The notes: generated from the letters alone by a model not told the origin. Shown: positions 17,374 through 26,455, counted from the first letter of the stretch. The stretch: 64,000 nt of DNA from Gemmatimonas sp. (GCA_031414535.1 JANNVQ010000014.1:224001-288000), one strand, 5' to 3'. Numbers and translations: made by a program.

Positions 17374-18303
17374 ATGCCGCTCTACTCGGCCTACGGCACA
17401 CGGCTCGAATCTGCCATCGAGTTTCCAGAGCTACCGCTCGCCAGCCGCGGACCGGCACGTTGGCGCTTCCGCATTGACGCCGAGCTTCCGGCAATGCGGG
17501 ATCCCGAAGAGCGCGGGTCGGAACTCATCCACGGCGACGTCTACGCGAGACTCTTCGCGCACCGCCGTGGCCTGCGTGTCTGCGTGGACGACACCGGCGA
17601 CTTCGATATCGCGCCCAACGGCAACATCGTCGCTACCACGCGCCCAGACGCGTGGGACGACTTCGTCCGGAATCATCTATTGGGCCGCGTCCTCGCCGTC
17701 GCGATGTTCGAAGCCGGCTGGCTACCGCTGCACGCGTCCGCCGTCGATACACCCGAGGGCGTCATCGCGCTCCTCGGACCCAACTCCGTAGGAAAATCTG
17801 CGCTCGCGATTGCACTCACTAATGCCGGCGCCACGCCAGTCGCTGACGATACGCTTCCCGTGGAATCGGGCACGCCACCCTGCGCTTGGCCGGGGTTACC
17901 CAACGTCCGCATTCGTGAAGACGTACGGGCTGCCCTAGACTTGCCCCGCAGCGGACTAGACACGCACGAAGGCAAGACCATCCTCGCGCCGGCGCCTAAT
18001 CACCATCCGAGCATGTCGCCTCGCCCGCTTGCTGGCATCTATTTGCTCGCGCCCAACGAGAACCTCGCGCGTAAAGCCGCCGTGGTGCGCACGCCCTTCG
18101 CACCCGTGCTCGCAGCACCGGCCATCGTTGCGCACGTTCGCGCCGGCGCGATGCTCGGCCGCGGCGCAGTCGCCACCATACTCCAGAGAGTGTCGCCAGT
18201 CGTGAGTATGGTGCCCGTGCACCAACTCTCGGTCTCCCGCGATCTGTCGCGGCTGGAGGACGCCGCCCGAGAGATCATGAGTTGGTACGCGGTCACCACC
18301 TAG
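17374..18303 (+). CDS. HprK-related kinase, copy 2 (paralog of 10106-11041)
   Basis: LHASAV, GPNSVGKS, ADD; shares VRTPFAPVL, DDTG and HQL/NQL blocks with copy 1. Confidence 0.85.
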   Translation: MPLYSAYGTRLESAIEFPELPLASRGPARWRFRIDAELPAMRDPEERGSELIHGDVYARLFAHRRGLRVCVDDTGDFDIAPNGNIVATTRPDAWDDFVRNHLLGRVLAVAMFEAGWLPLHASAVDTPEGVIALLGPNSVGKSALAIALTNAGATPVADDTLPVESGTPPCAWPGLPNVRIREDVRAALDLPRSGLDTHEGKTILAPAPNHHPSMSPRPLAGIYLLAPNENLARKAAVVRTPFAPVLAAPAIVAHVRAGAMLGRGAVATILQRVSPVVSMVPVHQLSVSRDLSRLEDAAREIMSWYAVTT

Positions 18304-18325
18304 TAGCCCTAGCACATTCATATAG

Positions 18326-18970
18326 ATGCCAGTCCCGCTTCTCGCCGCTCTCTCCGCCGCCGGATGGCTCACGGTCGGCACGCAGTTCATCCTCTCCATC
18401 CGGACCAGCCTTCTGAACGGCGGCTCGGCTTGGCACGGCATCGTGTCGTACTTCGGGTACTTCACCCTGCTCACCAACATCCTCTGTGCCGCCATCCTCA
18501 CGGCGCACGCCTTGGGTGGCAACAGCAGCCTTCAGCGGTTCCTGCGGCGGCCGGGCGTGACCACCACAGCCGCGACCTCCATCATCGTGGTCGGAGTGGT
18601 CTACCATCTCTTGCTCGCGGCACAGTGGAATCCCACGGGGATTGATCTCGTGGTGGACACCATGCTCCACACGGTGATGCCCATCCTCTTCGTGCTCGCG
18701 TGGACGCGTCTGGTACCGCGCGGCGCGGTTGCACTGGGCCACACACCGATGTGGAGCAGCTACATCTTGGCCTACGCGGTCTACATCCTCATCCGCGGCG
18801 CCATCATTGGCGTCTACCCGTATCCATTCATTGATGTCACCACCCTCGGCTACAGCATTGCCCTTCGCAATGCGGCCCTCTTGGGCGTAGCTTTTGTTGC
18901 GTTATCCGCTGGCATGGTCGGAGTGAATCGCGTGCTCGGCGCCCCCCGCAAAGAAACTTTGGAGAGCTGA
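18326..18970 (+). CDS. Pr6Pr/FAR-17a-like membrane protein
   Basis: YFTLLTN, VYHLLL, LHTVMP, RG...YPYPFID motifs. Confidence 0.8.
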   Translation: MPVPLLAALSAAGWLTVGTQFILSIRTSLLNGGSAWHGIVSYFGYFTLLTNILCAAILTAHALGGNSSLQRFLRRPGVTTTAATSIIVVGVVYHLLLAAQWNPTGIDLVVDTMLHTVMPILFVLAWTRLVPRGAVALGHTPMWSSYILAYAVYILIRGAIIGVYPYPFIDVTTLGYSIALRNAALLGVAFVALSAGMVGVNRVLGAPRKETLES

Positions 18971-20415
18971 TGTCGCTCGTCCCCGCAGCGTTGTTCCTGC
19001 AGGCTCAAACGGCCGCCGAGCGCCTCGCGGCGGCCCGCAATGGCCTCGACATTCCACTGGCCGAGCGCGCGATGGGACTCGTGGGCATCGCCGTCCTCAT
19101 CGGCATCGCGGTGCTGATCTCGTACGACCGCAAGAAGATTGACTGGCGCTTGGTGTTCACGGGATTCGGACTGCAAGCAGTGTTCGGCATCGTGGTGTTA
19201 AAGACGGAGATTGGGCGCACCGTCTTCCAGAAAATTGGCAATCTCATCACCTCGCTGCTCGGCTTTCAGGAGCAGGGCGCGCGTTTCGTCTTCGGCAACT
19301 TGGTGCAGTCCTCCGTACCGGTGACGAGCGCTGACGGCGTGCCAATCGAAGGCGTCTCGATGGTGGCCAACACCGGCGCGTACTTCGCCTTCAACGTGCT
19401 GCCCACCATCATCTTCTTCTCGGCGTTGATGTCGGTGCTGTACTACCTCGGCTTCATGCAGATGATTGTGAAGTCGCTGGCCTACGTGATGCAGAAGACG
19501 CTCAAGACCTCCGGTCCCGAGACGTTAAGTGCGTCCGGCAACATCTTCCTTGGCCAGACCGAAGCGCCCTTGCTCATCAAGCCCTTCGTCGGCTCAATGT
19601 CGCGCTCCGAGTTGAACACGGTGATGGTCGGCGGTTTCGCGACGGTCGCCGGCGGTGTGCTCGCCGCCTACGTCGGCATGCTGTCCGGCATGTTCCCAGG
19701 CATCGCCGCGCACTTGCTCGCCGCTAGCGTGATGAATGCGCCAGCTGGCCTCGCACTCTCGAAGATCATCCTGCCGGAGACTCCCGAGGCTCGCGCAAAG
19801 GCCACTGGCCTGCGCGAAGCAGAAGCGGCCATGAAGGCCGCCGAGCCGGTGCCGGCACGCAAGCGCCTCTTCCAGATCGGCGGGCACAGCGGCGAGAGCG
19901 GCATGATTGAAGCCGCCGCCAATGGCGCCGCACAGGGTGTGCAACTCGCCATCAACGTCGCCGCGATGCTGATGGCATTTGTCGCGCTCGTCGCGCTCAT
20001 CAACGCGATGCTCGGCTGGGGCGGCGGCGTGATTGGCGTGGAAGGCCTCTCACTGCAGAGCATCCTCGGCACGTTGCTACGTCCCCTCGCCTGGGTGATG
20101 GGTGTGCCGTGGCAGGACACCTCATATGTGGGTTCGCTGATTGGATTGAAGGCCACGCTGAACGAATTCGTGGCTTACGCGCAGTTCGGCGCGGACTTGG
20201 GTGCGGGCCAGGTGCTGGAGCCGCGTTCGGCGATCATCCTCACGTACGCGCTGTTAGGCTTCGCGAACTTCAGCTCGATTGCCATTCAGATCGGCGGCAT
20301 CGGTGGATTGGCGCCAGAGCGGCGTGGTGAAATTGCGCAGCTGGGCGTGCGCGCGATGATTGGCGGAAACTTGGCGGCGTTCATCTCGGCGTGTATTGCG
20401 GGGATGCTCGTGTAG
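18970..20415 (+). CDS. Concentrative nucleoside transporter (NupC/CNT family)
   Basis: VLPTIIFFSAL, NIFLGQTEAP, GFATVAG, NEFVAY, GFANFSSIAI. Confidence 0.95.
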   Translation: MSLVPAALFLQAQTAAERLAAARNGLDIPLAERAMGLVGIAVLIGIAVLISYDRKKIDWRLVFTGFGLQAVFGIVVLKTEIGRTVFQKIGNLITSLLGFQEQGARFVFGNLVQSSVPVTSADGVPIEGVSMVANTGAYFAFNVLPTIIFFSALMSVLYYLGFMQMIVKSLAYVMQKTLKTSGPETLSASGNIFLGQTEAPLLIKPFVGSMSRSELNTVMVGGFATVAGGVLAAYVGMLSGMFPGIAAHLLAASVMNAPAGLALSKIILPETPEARAKATGLREAEAAMKAAEPVPARKRLFQIGGHSGESGMIEAAANGAAQGVQLAINVAAMLMAFVALVALINAMLGWGGGVIGVEGLSLQSILGTLLRPLAWVMGVPWQDTSYVGSLIGLKATLNEFVAYAQFGADLGAGQVLEPRSAIILTYALLGFANFSSIAIQIGGIGGLAPERRGEIAQLGVRAMIGGNLAAFISACIAGMLV

Positions 20416-20436
20416 GACGGATGACGGAAGACGGAT
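20416..20436. repeat. Heptamer tandem repeat GACGGA(T/A) x3 (left arm only)
   Basis: GACGGAT GACGGAA GACGGAT directly after the stop codon. Confidence 0.8.
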
Positions 20437-20446
20437 GATGAAAGGC

Positions 20447-20489
20447 GCGCGGGGGACAGGCCAAGTGTCTGTCCCCCGTGCTATTTTTT
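20447..20489 (+). terminator. Intrinsic terminator
   Basis: GCGCGGGGGACAGGC / GTCTGTCCCCCGTGC stem followed by TATTTTTT. Confidence 0.85.
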
Positions 20490-20493
20490 GCCG

Positions 20494-22173
20494 ATGCCAG
20501 CCATTGGACCCGCGTTGACCCCTGCTGAAGCATCCCAACGTCTGCGCGAAATGGCGGAGCGCTGGGCTGCCAATATCGATGCCACCGAGCGCGGAGCGTT
20601 TCAGCCGTGGTTCATCGAACTGTGCGAGGCGCTCGGCGTACCCAAGCCTTCCCAGACCTCAGACTATCAGTTCGAGCTCCCCGTGCGCGTGGTGGACCGC
20701 GAGGGTGAACTCGCCACGAACTTCATTGATGCTTGGCACACGGGGCACTTTGCGATGGAAGCGAAAATGTCCGAGCCGGGGCGGCAGAACGATGCGCTGC
20801 TCCGCAAGGCATTCGGCCAGGTGCGCACCTACGTCTCGCACGTTCCCGGTACGCCGCCGCCGTATTTGATGGTGGTGGACGTGCCGCGCACGCTCATCGT
20901 CTGGGACAAGTGGTCGGGCAGCTACGGTGACTTCGGCGCAGGGCGCCGCATCGCCCTCAGCAGCCTGCACGAGCGTGCAGACGACATCGCGCTCTTGCAG
21001 GACATCTTCGCTCGGCCCGAGGCTCGCGACCCGCGCGGGAGGGCTCAGGCGGTGACGAAGGAGATTGCTTCGCGGCTCGCCGCGCTTTCCGCGGCGCTGG
21101 AAGGTCGTGGATTAGACCAGGAGCGCGTCGCGCGCTTCCTGATGCGCTGCGTGTTCTCCTGTTTTGCTGAAGATGTTGGACTTCTGCCTGAACAGTTGTT
21201 CCGCAAGACGCTTGAGGCCGCGCGCAGTTCCGGCGATGCCACACGCCTCAAGGCCGCGCTCGAGCTACTGTGGAAGACAATGGACGAGGGCGGAATGTTT
21301 GGCGCAGAGATGCTGCATCGGTTCAATGGACATTTTTTCAAGACGCGTGAGGCACTGCCGCTTGAGCCTGCCGATGTCGCGCTGCTGATCGAGGCTACGT
21401 CATATGATTGGTCTCGTGTAGAGCCGAGCATTTTTGGCACGCTGCTCGTGCGCGCGCTCGACCCAGCCGAGCGGCACAGGCTGGGCGCCGAGTACACGCC
21501 GCGCGAGTACATCGAGCGACTCGTTGAGCCAACTGTGGTGGAGCCCATCCGCGAGCGCTGGGTGGCGGTGCAGGCCAGCGTCGTGCAACTCGAGGAGAGC
21601 GGCAAGAAGAAGGACACTGAGGCCGCCGTGAAGGCGCTGCTCGAGTTTCGCGGCTGGATGCGGACGCTGCGCTTTCTCGACCCCGCCTGTGGCAGCGGCA
21701 ACTTTTTGTATGTGACGATGGCGGCGGTGAAGCGCATCGAGCACGAAGTGTTGAACGAGTTGCAGCGCTTGAGTGGGGGCCAGGGTGGACTCGTGCTCGA
21801 CGAGGTGCATCCGCGGCAGTTCTTCGGCATCGAGATTAAGCCTTGGGCGCGCGAGATTGCTGAGCTCACGCTGTGGATCGGGTATCACCAGTTCTGGCGC
21901 GAGACGCACGGCGGGCGCACGCCACCGGATCCGATTCTTGAGGATACCGGCACGATTGAGTGCCGGGATGCGATTCTCGCGTATGATGAGATTGTGCATC
22001 GGCCGGAGAAGGACCGGCCGGATCCGACGCCGCGGATTGTGCATCCGGTGACGGGAGAGTTGGTGCCGGATCCTTCGGCGAAGTTGCCGTACTATGAGTA
22101 TGTGAATGCGCGGCCGGCGGAGTGGCCCGAGGCGGATTTTATTGTGGGGAATCCGCCGTACTTGGGGTCCTAG
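20494..22173 (+). CDS. MmeI-like type IIG restriction-modification enzyme, N-terminal part (nuclease, helical region and MTase up to NPPY); ends at an in-frame TAG
   Basis: FID...EAK nuclease motif; FNGHFF; GAEYTP; FLDPACGSGNFL; GNPPY followed by TAG. Confidence 0.85.
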   Translation: MPAIGPALTPAEASQRLREMAERWAANIDATERGAFQPWFIELCEALGVPKPSQTSDYQFELPVRVVDREGELATNFIDAWHTGHFAMEAKMSEPGRQNDALLRKAFGQVRTYVSHVPGTPPPYLMVVDVPRTLIVWDKWSGSYGDFGAGRRIALSSLHERADDIALLQDIFARPEARDPRGRAQAVTKEIASRLAALSAALEGRGLDQERVARFLMRCVFSCFAEDVGLLPEQLFRKTLEAARSSGDATRLKAALELLWKTMDEGGMFGAEMLHRFNGHFFKTREALPLEPADVALLIEATSYDWSRVEPSIFGTLLVRALDPAERHRLGAEYTPREYIERLVEPTVVEPIRERWVAVQASVVQLEESGKKKDTEAAVKALLEFRGWMRTLRFLDPACGSGNFLYVTMAAVKRIEHEVLNELQRLSGGQGGLVLDEVHPRQFFGIEIKPWAREIAELTLWIGYHQFWRETHGGRTPPDPILEDTGTIECRDAILAYDEIVHRPEKDRPDPTPRIVHPVTGELVPDPSAKLPYYEYVNARPAEWPEADFIVGNPPYLGS

Positions 22174-22176
22174 CGG

Positions 22177-23871
22177 ATGCGGGGCGCCTTAGGCGACGGG
22201 TACGTTGAGTCACTGCGCTCGGCTTGGTCGCCGCTGCCTGCTGCTCTCGATCTCGTCTCTTACTGGTGGCATCGGGCCGCGTCTTGTGTGGCGGCGGGCA
22301 GGACTATTCGTGCGGGACTCATCACAACGAACTCGATTACCCAAGGGCATAATCGAACGGTCATTGCCAGTGCTCGCAAGGATGGTGCGGGAGTTGTTTG
22401 GGCGGCAAAGAATCATCCATGGTCAGACGCTGCCGACTCCGCCGCGGTCGCAGTGAGCATGACTGTCGTTTCGAAAGAGAATTTGCCTCCGCGGCTTGTT
22501 TTTGTCAGTGATACCACAAGCACACCTGTTTCGAGAGTTGTCACGCATGTCAATGACGACCTGACGGCAGGAGCAGACGTGGCGGCGGCTGTTCGTGTGC
22601 GGCTACGCTCCAATGAAGGACTCACGGCTTTTGGGTTCGCCCTCCACGGCGATGGATTCTTGCTGCGTAGAGATGAGGCCGATCTGCTGCTTGCTCGCTC
22701 GGCGCAAGAAAGAGCGGTTGTAAAGCCTTACCGAGGCGGCCGCGACCTTACAGATCGCGCTCGAGACCTCTTCGTAATCGACTTTGGTTACATGACTGAG
22801 GACGAGGCACGGCGCTTCCCGCTCGCATTCCAGCGCGTCGCGGACCTTGTCAAGCCGGAGCGAGATGCGAACGCGCGCCAGTCCATCCGGGAGTTCTGGT
22901 GGAGGTTTGGGTGGCCACGTCGTGAACTTCGAGACGCACTACTGGGCATCAGCACTTACATCGCAACTACCGAGACCGCGAAGCACCGAACGTTCTCCAT
23001 GATCGATGCAGCCGTCGCACCGGATCATATGGTGGTTTCGATTGCGACCGACAGCCACTTCGTTCTGGGAATCCTGTCGTCCGAAGCTCACCGCACTTGG
23101 TCGTTGGCCGTAGGCGGCACGCTCGAGGATCGTCCACGCTACAACAAGTCCCTCTGCTTCGACCCCTTCCCATTCCCCGACCCCGCTCCGGCCCTCCGCA
23201 CCAAGATCGCCGAAGTAGCCAATCACCTCGACACCCACCGAAAAGCCGCCCTCGCCCGCGACGAACGCGTCACGATGACCGGCATGTACAACGTCGTCGA
23301 GAAACTCCGTAGCGACGAAGCGCTCACGACTAAAGAACGCGCCATCCACGAGATCGCCGCCTGCGGCATCCTCCGCGATCTCCACGACGAGCTCGACAAG
23401 CTCGTCGCCGAGGCCTACGGCTGGCCCTGGCCCATGGAGCGCGAAGAGATCCTCGAGCGCCTCGTCGCCCTTCACGACGAACGAGTCGAAGAAGAAAAGC
23501 GCGGCATCATCCGCTGGCTTCGCCCCGAATATCAGATTCCGCGCTTCGCGCCTGAGCAGGCCGAGGCCATCCTCGCGCTCGACGAGTCGGAGAAGCCCGC
23601 CAAGAAGCGCAGCAAGAAGTCGAAGGCCGCGGATTCTTCGGATGAAGCGCCAAAGCCGACCGCCACGCCCTGGCCGGCCACCGCTGTTGAGCAGATTTCC
23701 GCGATCAGTGCCCTCATCGCGCAGCAGTCACGCTCGGCGGCCGAGGTCGCGGCGGCGTTCGCAGGGGCACGGACTGAGCTCGTGACGCGACACCTCGACA
23801 CGCTGGCGCTCATGGGCGAGGTCACCCTTGGACCCGACGCGCGGTATCAGGCCTCGAGAAAGGCCGCGTAG
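22177..23871 (+). CDS. MmeI-like type IIG enzyme, C-terminal part (MTase C-half, target-recognition domain, C-terminal domain); same frame as the N-part
   Basis: DLVSYWW, GLITTNSITQG, VKPERDAN, TETAKHR, RYNKSLCFDPFPFP, LDKLVAEAYGW. Confidence 0.85.
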   Translation: MRGALGDGYVESLRSAWSPLPAALDLVSYWWHRAASCVAAGRTIRAGLITTNSITQGHNRTVIASARKDGAGVVWAAKNHPWSDAADSAAVAVSMTVVSKENLPPRLVFVSDTTSTPVSRVVTHVNDDLTAGADVAAAVRVRLRSNEGLTAFGFALHGDGFLLRRDEADLLLARSAQERAVVKPYRGGRDLTDRARDLFVIDFGYMTEDEARRFPLAFQRVADLVKPERDANARQSIREFWWRFGWPRRELRDALLGISTYIATTETAKHRTFSMIDAAVAPDHMVVSIATDSHFVLGILSSEAHRTWSLAVGGTLEDRPRYNKSLCFDPFPFPDPAPALRTKIAEVANHLDTHRKAALARDERVTMTGMYNVVEKLRSDEALTTKERAIHEIAACGILRDLHDELDKLVAEAYGWPWPMEREEILERLVALHDERVEEEKRGIIRWLRPEYQIPRFAPEQAEAILALDESEKPAKKRSKKSKAADSSDEAPKPTATPWPATAVEQISAISALIAQQSRSAAEVAAAFAGARTELVTRHLDTLALMGEVTLGPDARYQASRKAA

Positions 23872-23877
23872 GCGCAG

Positions 23878-23921
23878 TTTGTCGATATTTTGTCGATAAA
23901 ATCTTGATTTGTCGATAAATC
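23878..23921. promoter_or_regulatory. Three copies of TTTGTCGATA (quasi-palindromic), putative operator in an AT-rich promoter region
   Basis: Copies at 23878, 23889 and 23908; TTGACA at 23958 and TATAAT at 23947 nearby. Confidence 0.55.
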
Positions 23922-24019
23922 AGCAACGCAGGCAAATAGTTAATATTATAATGTCTATTGACATATATTATATTATCTAATAGATAGTACTGTACTGCTC
24001 GATCAAAGGCACCGCTGGA

Positions 24020-24604
24020 ATGCTCAATAGCAACGACATCGGACGCGCCCTCGGCGCCGTTGGAGAACTCCTCGAAGCCAACGATGCCCGCTTCAGCATC
24101 GTGGTCATCGGAGGAGCCGCGCTCAACCTGCTCGGCATCGTCGAGCGCACGACACGAGACGTCGACATCGTTGCGGTCACCCGCGAACCCGGCGAGCTGG
24201 CCGTGCTTGCCCGCCCGCCCGAACCATTGCCGCCGGCACTCGAGCGCGCCATCGCGCAGGTCGCCGAAGACTTCGCGCTGCCGGAGCACTGGCTGAATCG
24301 CGGCCCAGCCGGACAGTGGGATATTGGGCTCCCGCCCGGCTTCGCGGAGCGGGTGCAATGGCGGCGCTATTTCGCGCTCGACGTAGGCATCTGCGCGCGC
24401 ATCGACCTCATCTTCTTCAAGCTCGAAGCTGCGGCCGATCAACCGGATTCCAACAACCGGCATTTCCGCGATCTCGTCGCGCTCGCCCCGAGCGACGAAG
24501 AGCTCGCACAGGCGGAAGACTGGGTCCTGTCAAAGAATGCAGGCCCAGATTATCACGAAATCCTTGACCGAGTGATTGACCATGTCACACGCAATCGTCA
24601 GTAG
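24020..24604 (+). CDS. Nucleotidyltransferase, DUF6036/AbiEii-like
   Basis: VVIGGAAL...RTTRDVD, HWLNRG, DLIFFKL, HFRDL. Confidence 0.75.
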   Translation: MLNSNDIGRALGAVGELLEANDARFSIVVIGGAALNLLGIVERTTRDVDIVAVTREPGELAVLARPPEPLPPALERAIAQVAEDFALPEHWLNRGPAGQWDIGLPPGFAERVQWRRYFALDVGICARIDLIFFKLEAAADQPDSNNRHFRDLVALAPSDEELAQAEDWVLSKNAGPDYHEILDRVIDHVTRNRQ

Positions 24605-25511
24605 ATCGCTGTCTGAGCTACGCGACGTCGCTGTCGACGTGCTCTGGCGCCAGTGGCAGGCCGTGGGCGGATCTGCGGCCTCACGAGAGGATTGGCACTC
24701 GATCGTCGACCCAGAATCAATCGTGCTCGCCACATTGTTCCTCGCACCGCGTGAGCCACGGCTGACCGACATCCTATTCAGCTGGGTGAATCTGCACGCC
24801 CCCCTCCTGAGCGCGCAGCGACTCAAGAACCTACAGCGGGATTATCCGCCGGAAGTCGCCGAGCGCGTGGCGACGTTTGTTGCACAGGCTCGCACGCTAC
24901 AGAAGAATCCGCGTTGGCGCTCAATGTCTCCGCTTCAGCGCGTGCACGAGACGCGTCCCGAACCTGCCGTGCGTCGCGCGGCGGCAGAGATTCCGCACGG
25001 CAATGCGACGCTGATGCTCCGTCTGCGCACGGCACTCGGCGTGGGAGTGAAGGCAGATGTGCTCGCCGTGCTGCTGGGATGCGCGCGCCCACATACCGTC
25101 GCGGAACTCGCCGAGACGCTGGGTTACACCAAGGTCGGCGTTCGTGCCGCAGTCGAGGATCTGGACCGTGCGGCCTTCATCTTTAGTAATGAAGGGAGGC
25201 CTACCGCTTACTCGGCACCAAGCGACGCTTGGCAGACTCTGCTGCAATTCGATCGCCGCGTGGACTGGGCGCCGTGGCATCATTGGTATGCCTTGGTAGT
25301 CGACCTGGCAGTTTGGTACGGCAACGCCGAAAGAAAGAACATCAGTGACTACGCGCTCGATGTCGGGCTTCGCGACTGCCTGAAGAAACACCCGGCGTTC
25401 TTCGAGTTGACCTCACACGAACAGATTCGACTGGCACCACGTCCGGCTGTTGGATCTTGGGAGGCAACCATTACGTCCATCGTTGATTGGGCGAGACGTC
25501 ATTCGCAATAG
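24582..25511 (+). CDS. Uncharacterised protein with a winged-HTH segment, coupled to the nucleotidyltransferase
   Basis: Overlaps the upstream gene; TVAELAETLGYTKVGVRAAVEDL HTH-like segment. Confidence 0.7.
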   Translation: MSHAIVSRSLSELRDVAVDVLWRQWQAVGGSAASREDWHSIVDPESIVLATLFLAPREPRLTDILFSWVNLHAPLLSAQRLKNLQRDYPPEVAERVATFVAQARTLQKNPRWRSMSPLQRVHETRPEPAVRRAAAEIPHGNATLMLRLRTALGVGVKADVLAVLLGCARPHTVAELAETLGYTKVGVRAAVEDLDRAAFIFSNEGRPTAYSAPSDAWQTLLQFDRRVDWAPWHHWYALVVDLAVWYGNAERKNISDYALDVGLRDCLKKHPAFFELTSHEQIRLAPRPAVGSWEATITSIVDWARRHSQ

Positions 25512-25637
25512 TGTCCGACGTCACATACTCGAGTCGCTAGCCTCTTGTCATGCAGATGTAATCCTCGCGTAATGGAACAGTCGAACCAGCCTAATCTCTC
25601 CCGTGTACCCTCTCTCAAGACCCACACGGAGAGGGAA

Positions 25638-26348
25638 ATGTTCTCGACACTGATTGCGTCAGGAGCTACCCGCACCACGGAAGAGCGCGGCACCGTACCC
25701 AGCGTGCTACTGCACCTCGGCGTCATCGTTGCGATGATTGTGGCCACACAGGCCACCGACCCGTCGCTTGATGCGCCGCGCGAAACCCGCGTCGTGCCAC
25801 TGTTCGCGCCAAGCAATCCCTCAGCCCAGCCCGCAGCACCGTCGCGTCCGCGCCCCGCACCGAGGACGCCAACCGCGGCACCGCAGGTGCCAGCCATTCC
25901 CACCGAAGCGCCCGCCGTACCAGTAGAAGTGCCCACGGGCATTCCGACTTCCGCAGCGGCCACACCCATGAGCGGCGAAGGCACGGTTGATCCGAACGCG
26001 CTGCCGAGCACTAACGCCGGCACGCCAATAGGCTCGCCGATCGGCAACGGCGTGCTCGACGCCGACGGCGTAGACGTCCCGGCGCGATTGCTGCCGAACT
26101 CGCCACTGCCGCGCTATCCGGACTTCCTGCGTCAGTCGCGCTTGGAGGGCGGCGTGCGCGTGCGCTTCATCGTGAACGAGAACGGCCGCGCGGAACTCGC
26201 GTCACTCGTAATACTCGAGAGCACGCACCCGGCTTTCGTAGAAAGCGTACGCGCCGTGCTCGGGCGCTTGCGGTTCACGCCCGCACGTGTGGGCCGCGAA
26301 CGCGTGCGGCAGATGGTGGAGATTCCGTTCGGGTTTGAGCTTCGATAA
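25638..26348 (+). CDS. TonB-family energy transducer
   Basis: TM anchor SVLLH; Pro-rich linker; C-domain PRYP...EGGVRVRFIVNENG...RFTPA. Confidence 0.88.
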   Translation: MFSTLIASGATRTTEERGTVPSVLLHLGVIVAMIVATQATDPSLDAPRETRVVPLFAPSNPSAQPAAPSRPRPAPRTPTAAPQVPAIPTEAPAVPVEVPTGIPTSAAATPMSGEGTVDPNALPSTNAGTPIGSPIGNGVLDADGVDVPARLLPNSPLPRYPDFLRQSRLEGGVRVRFIVNENGRAELASLVILESTHPAFVESVRAVLGRLRFTPARVGRERVRQMVEIPFGFELR

Positions 26349-26349
26349 A

Positions 26350-26452
26350 GGACGGAAGACGGATGACGGATGCTACGAGCAACGACAACGGCGGCACGAT
26401 CTTCGAGATCGCGCCGCCGTTGCACTTTGCATCCGTCATCCGTCTCCCGTCC
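26350..26452. repeat. Intergenic inverted element: GACGGA(T/A) heptamer arms around a central hairpin
   Basis: GGACGGAAGACGGATGACGGATGC ... GCATCCGTCATCCGTCTCCCGTCC with inner stem CAACGGCGGCACGATCT / AGATCGCGCCGCCGTTG; lies between convergent stop codons. Confidence 0.85.
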
Positions 26453-26455
26453 AGT

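Noticed and set aside
22171..22173. Pyrrolysine or genome-wide TAG recoding
   Set aside because: TAG ends several normal genes here (e.g. 13902, 20415, 23871), and no pyl genes are seen in the window.
25596..25637. RBS-sequestering alternative hairpins upstream of the tonB-like gene (possible riboswitch)
   Set aside because: Short pairings only, with no recognisable aptamer; would need an Rfam/Infernal search.
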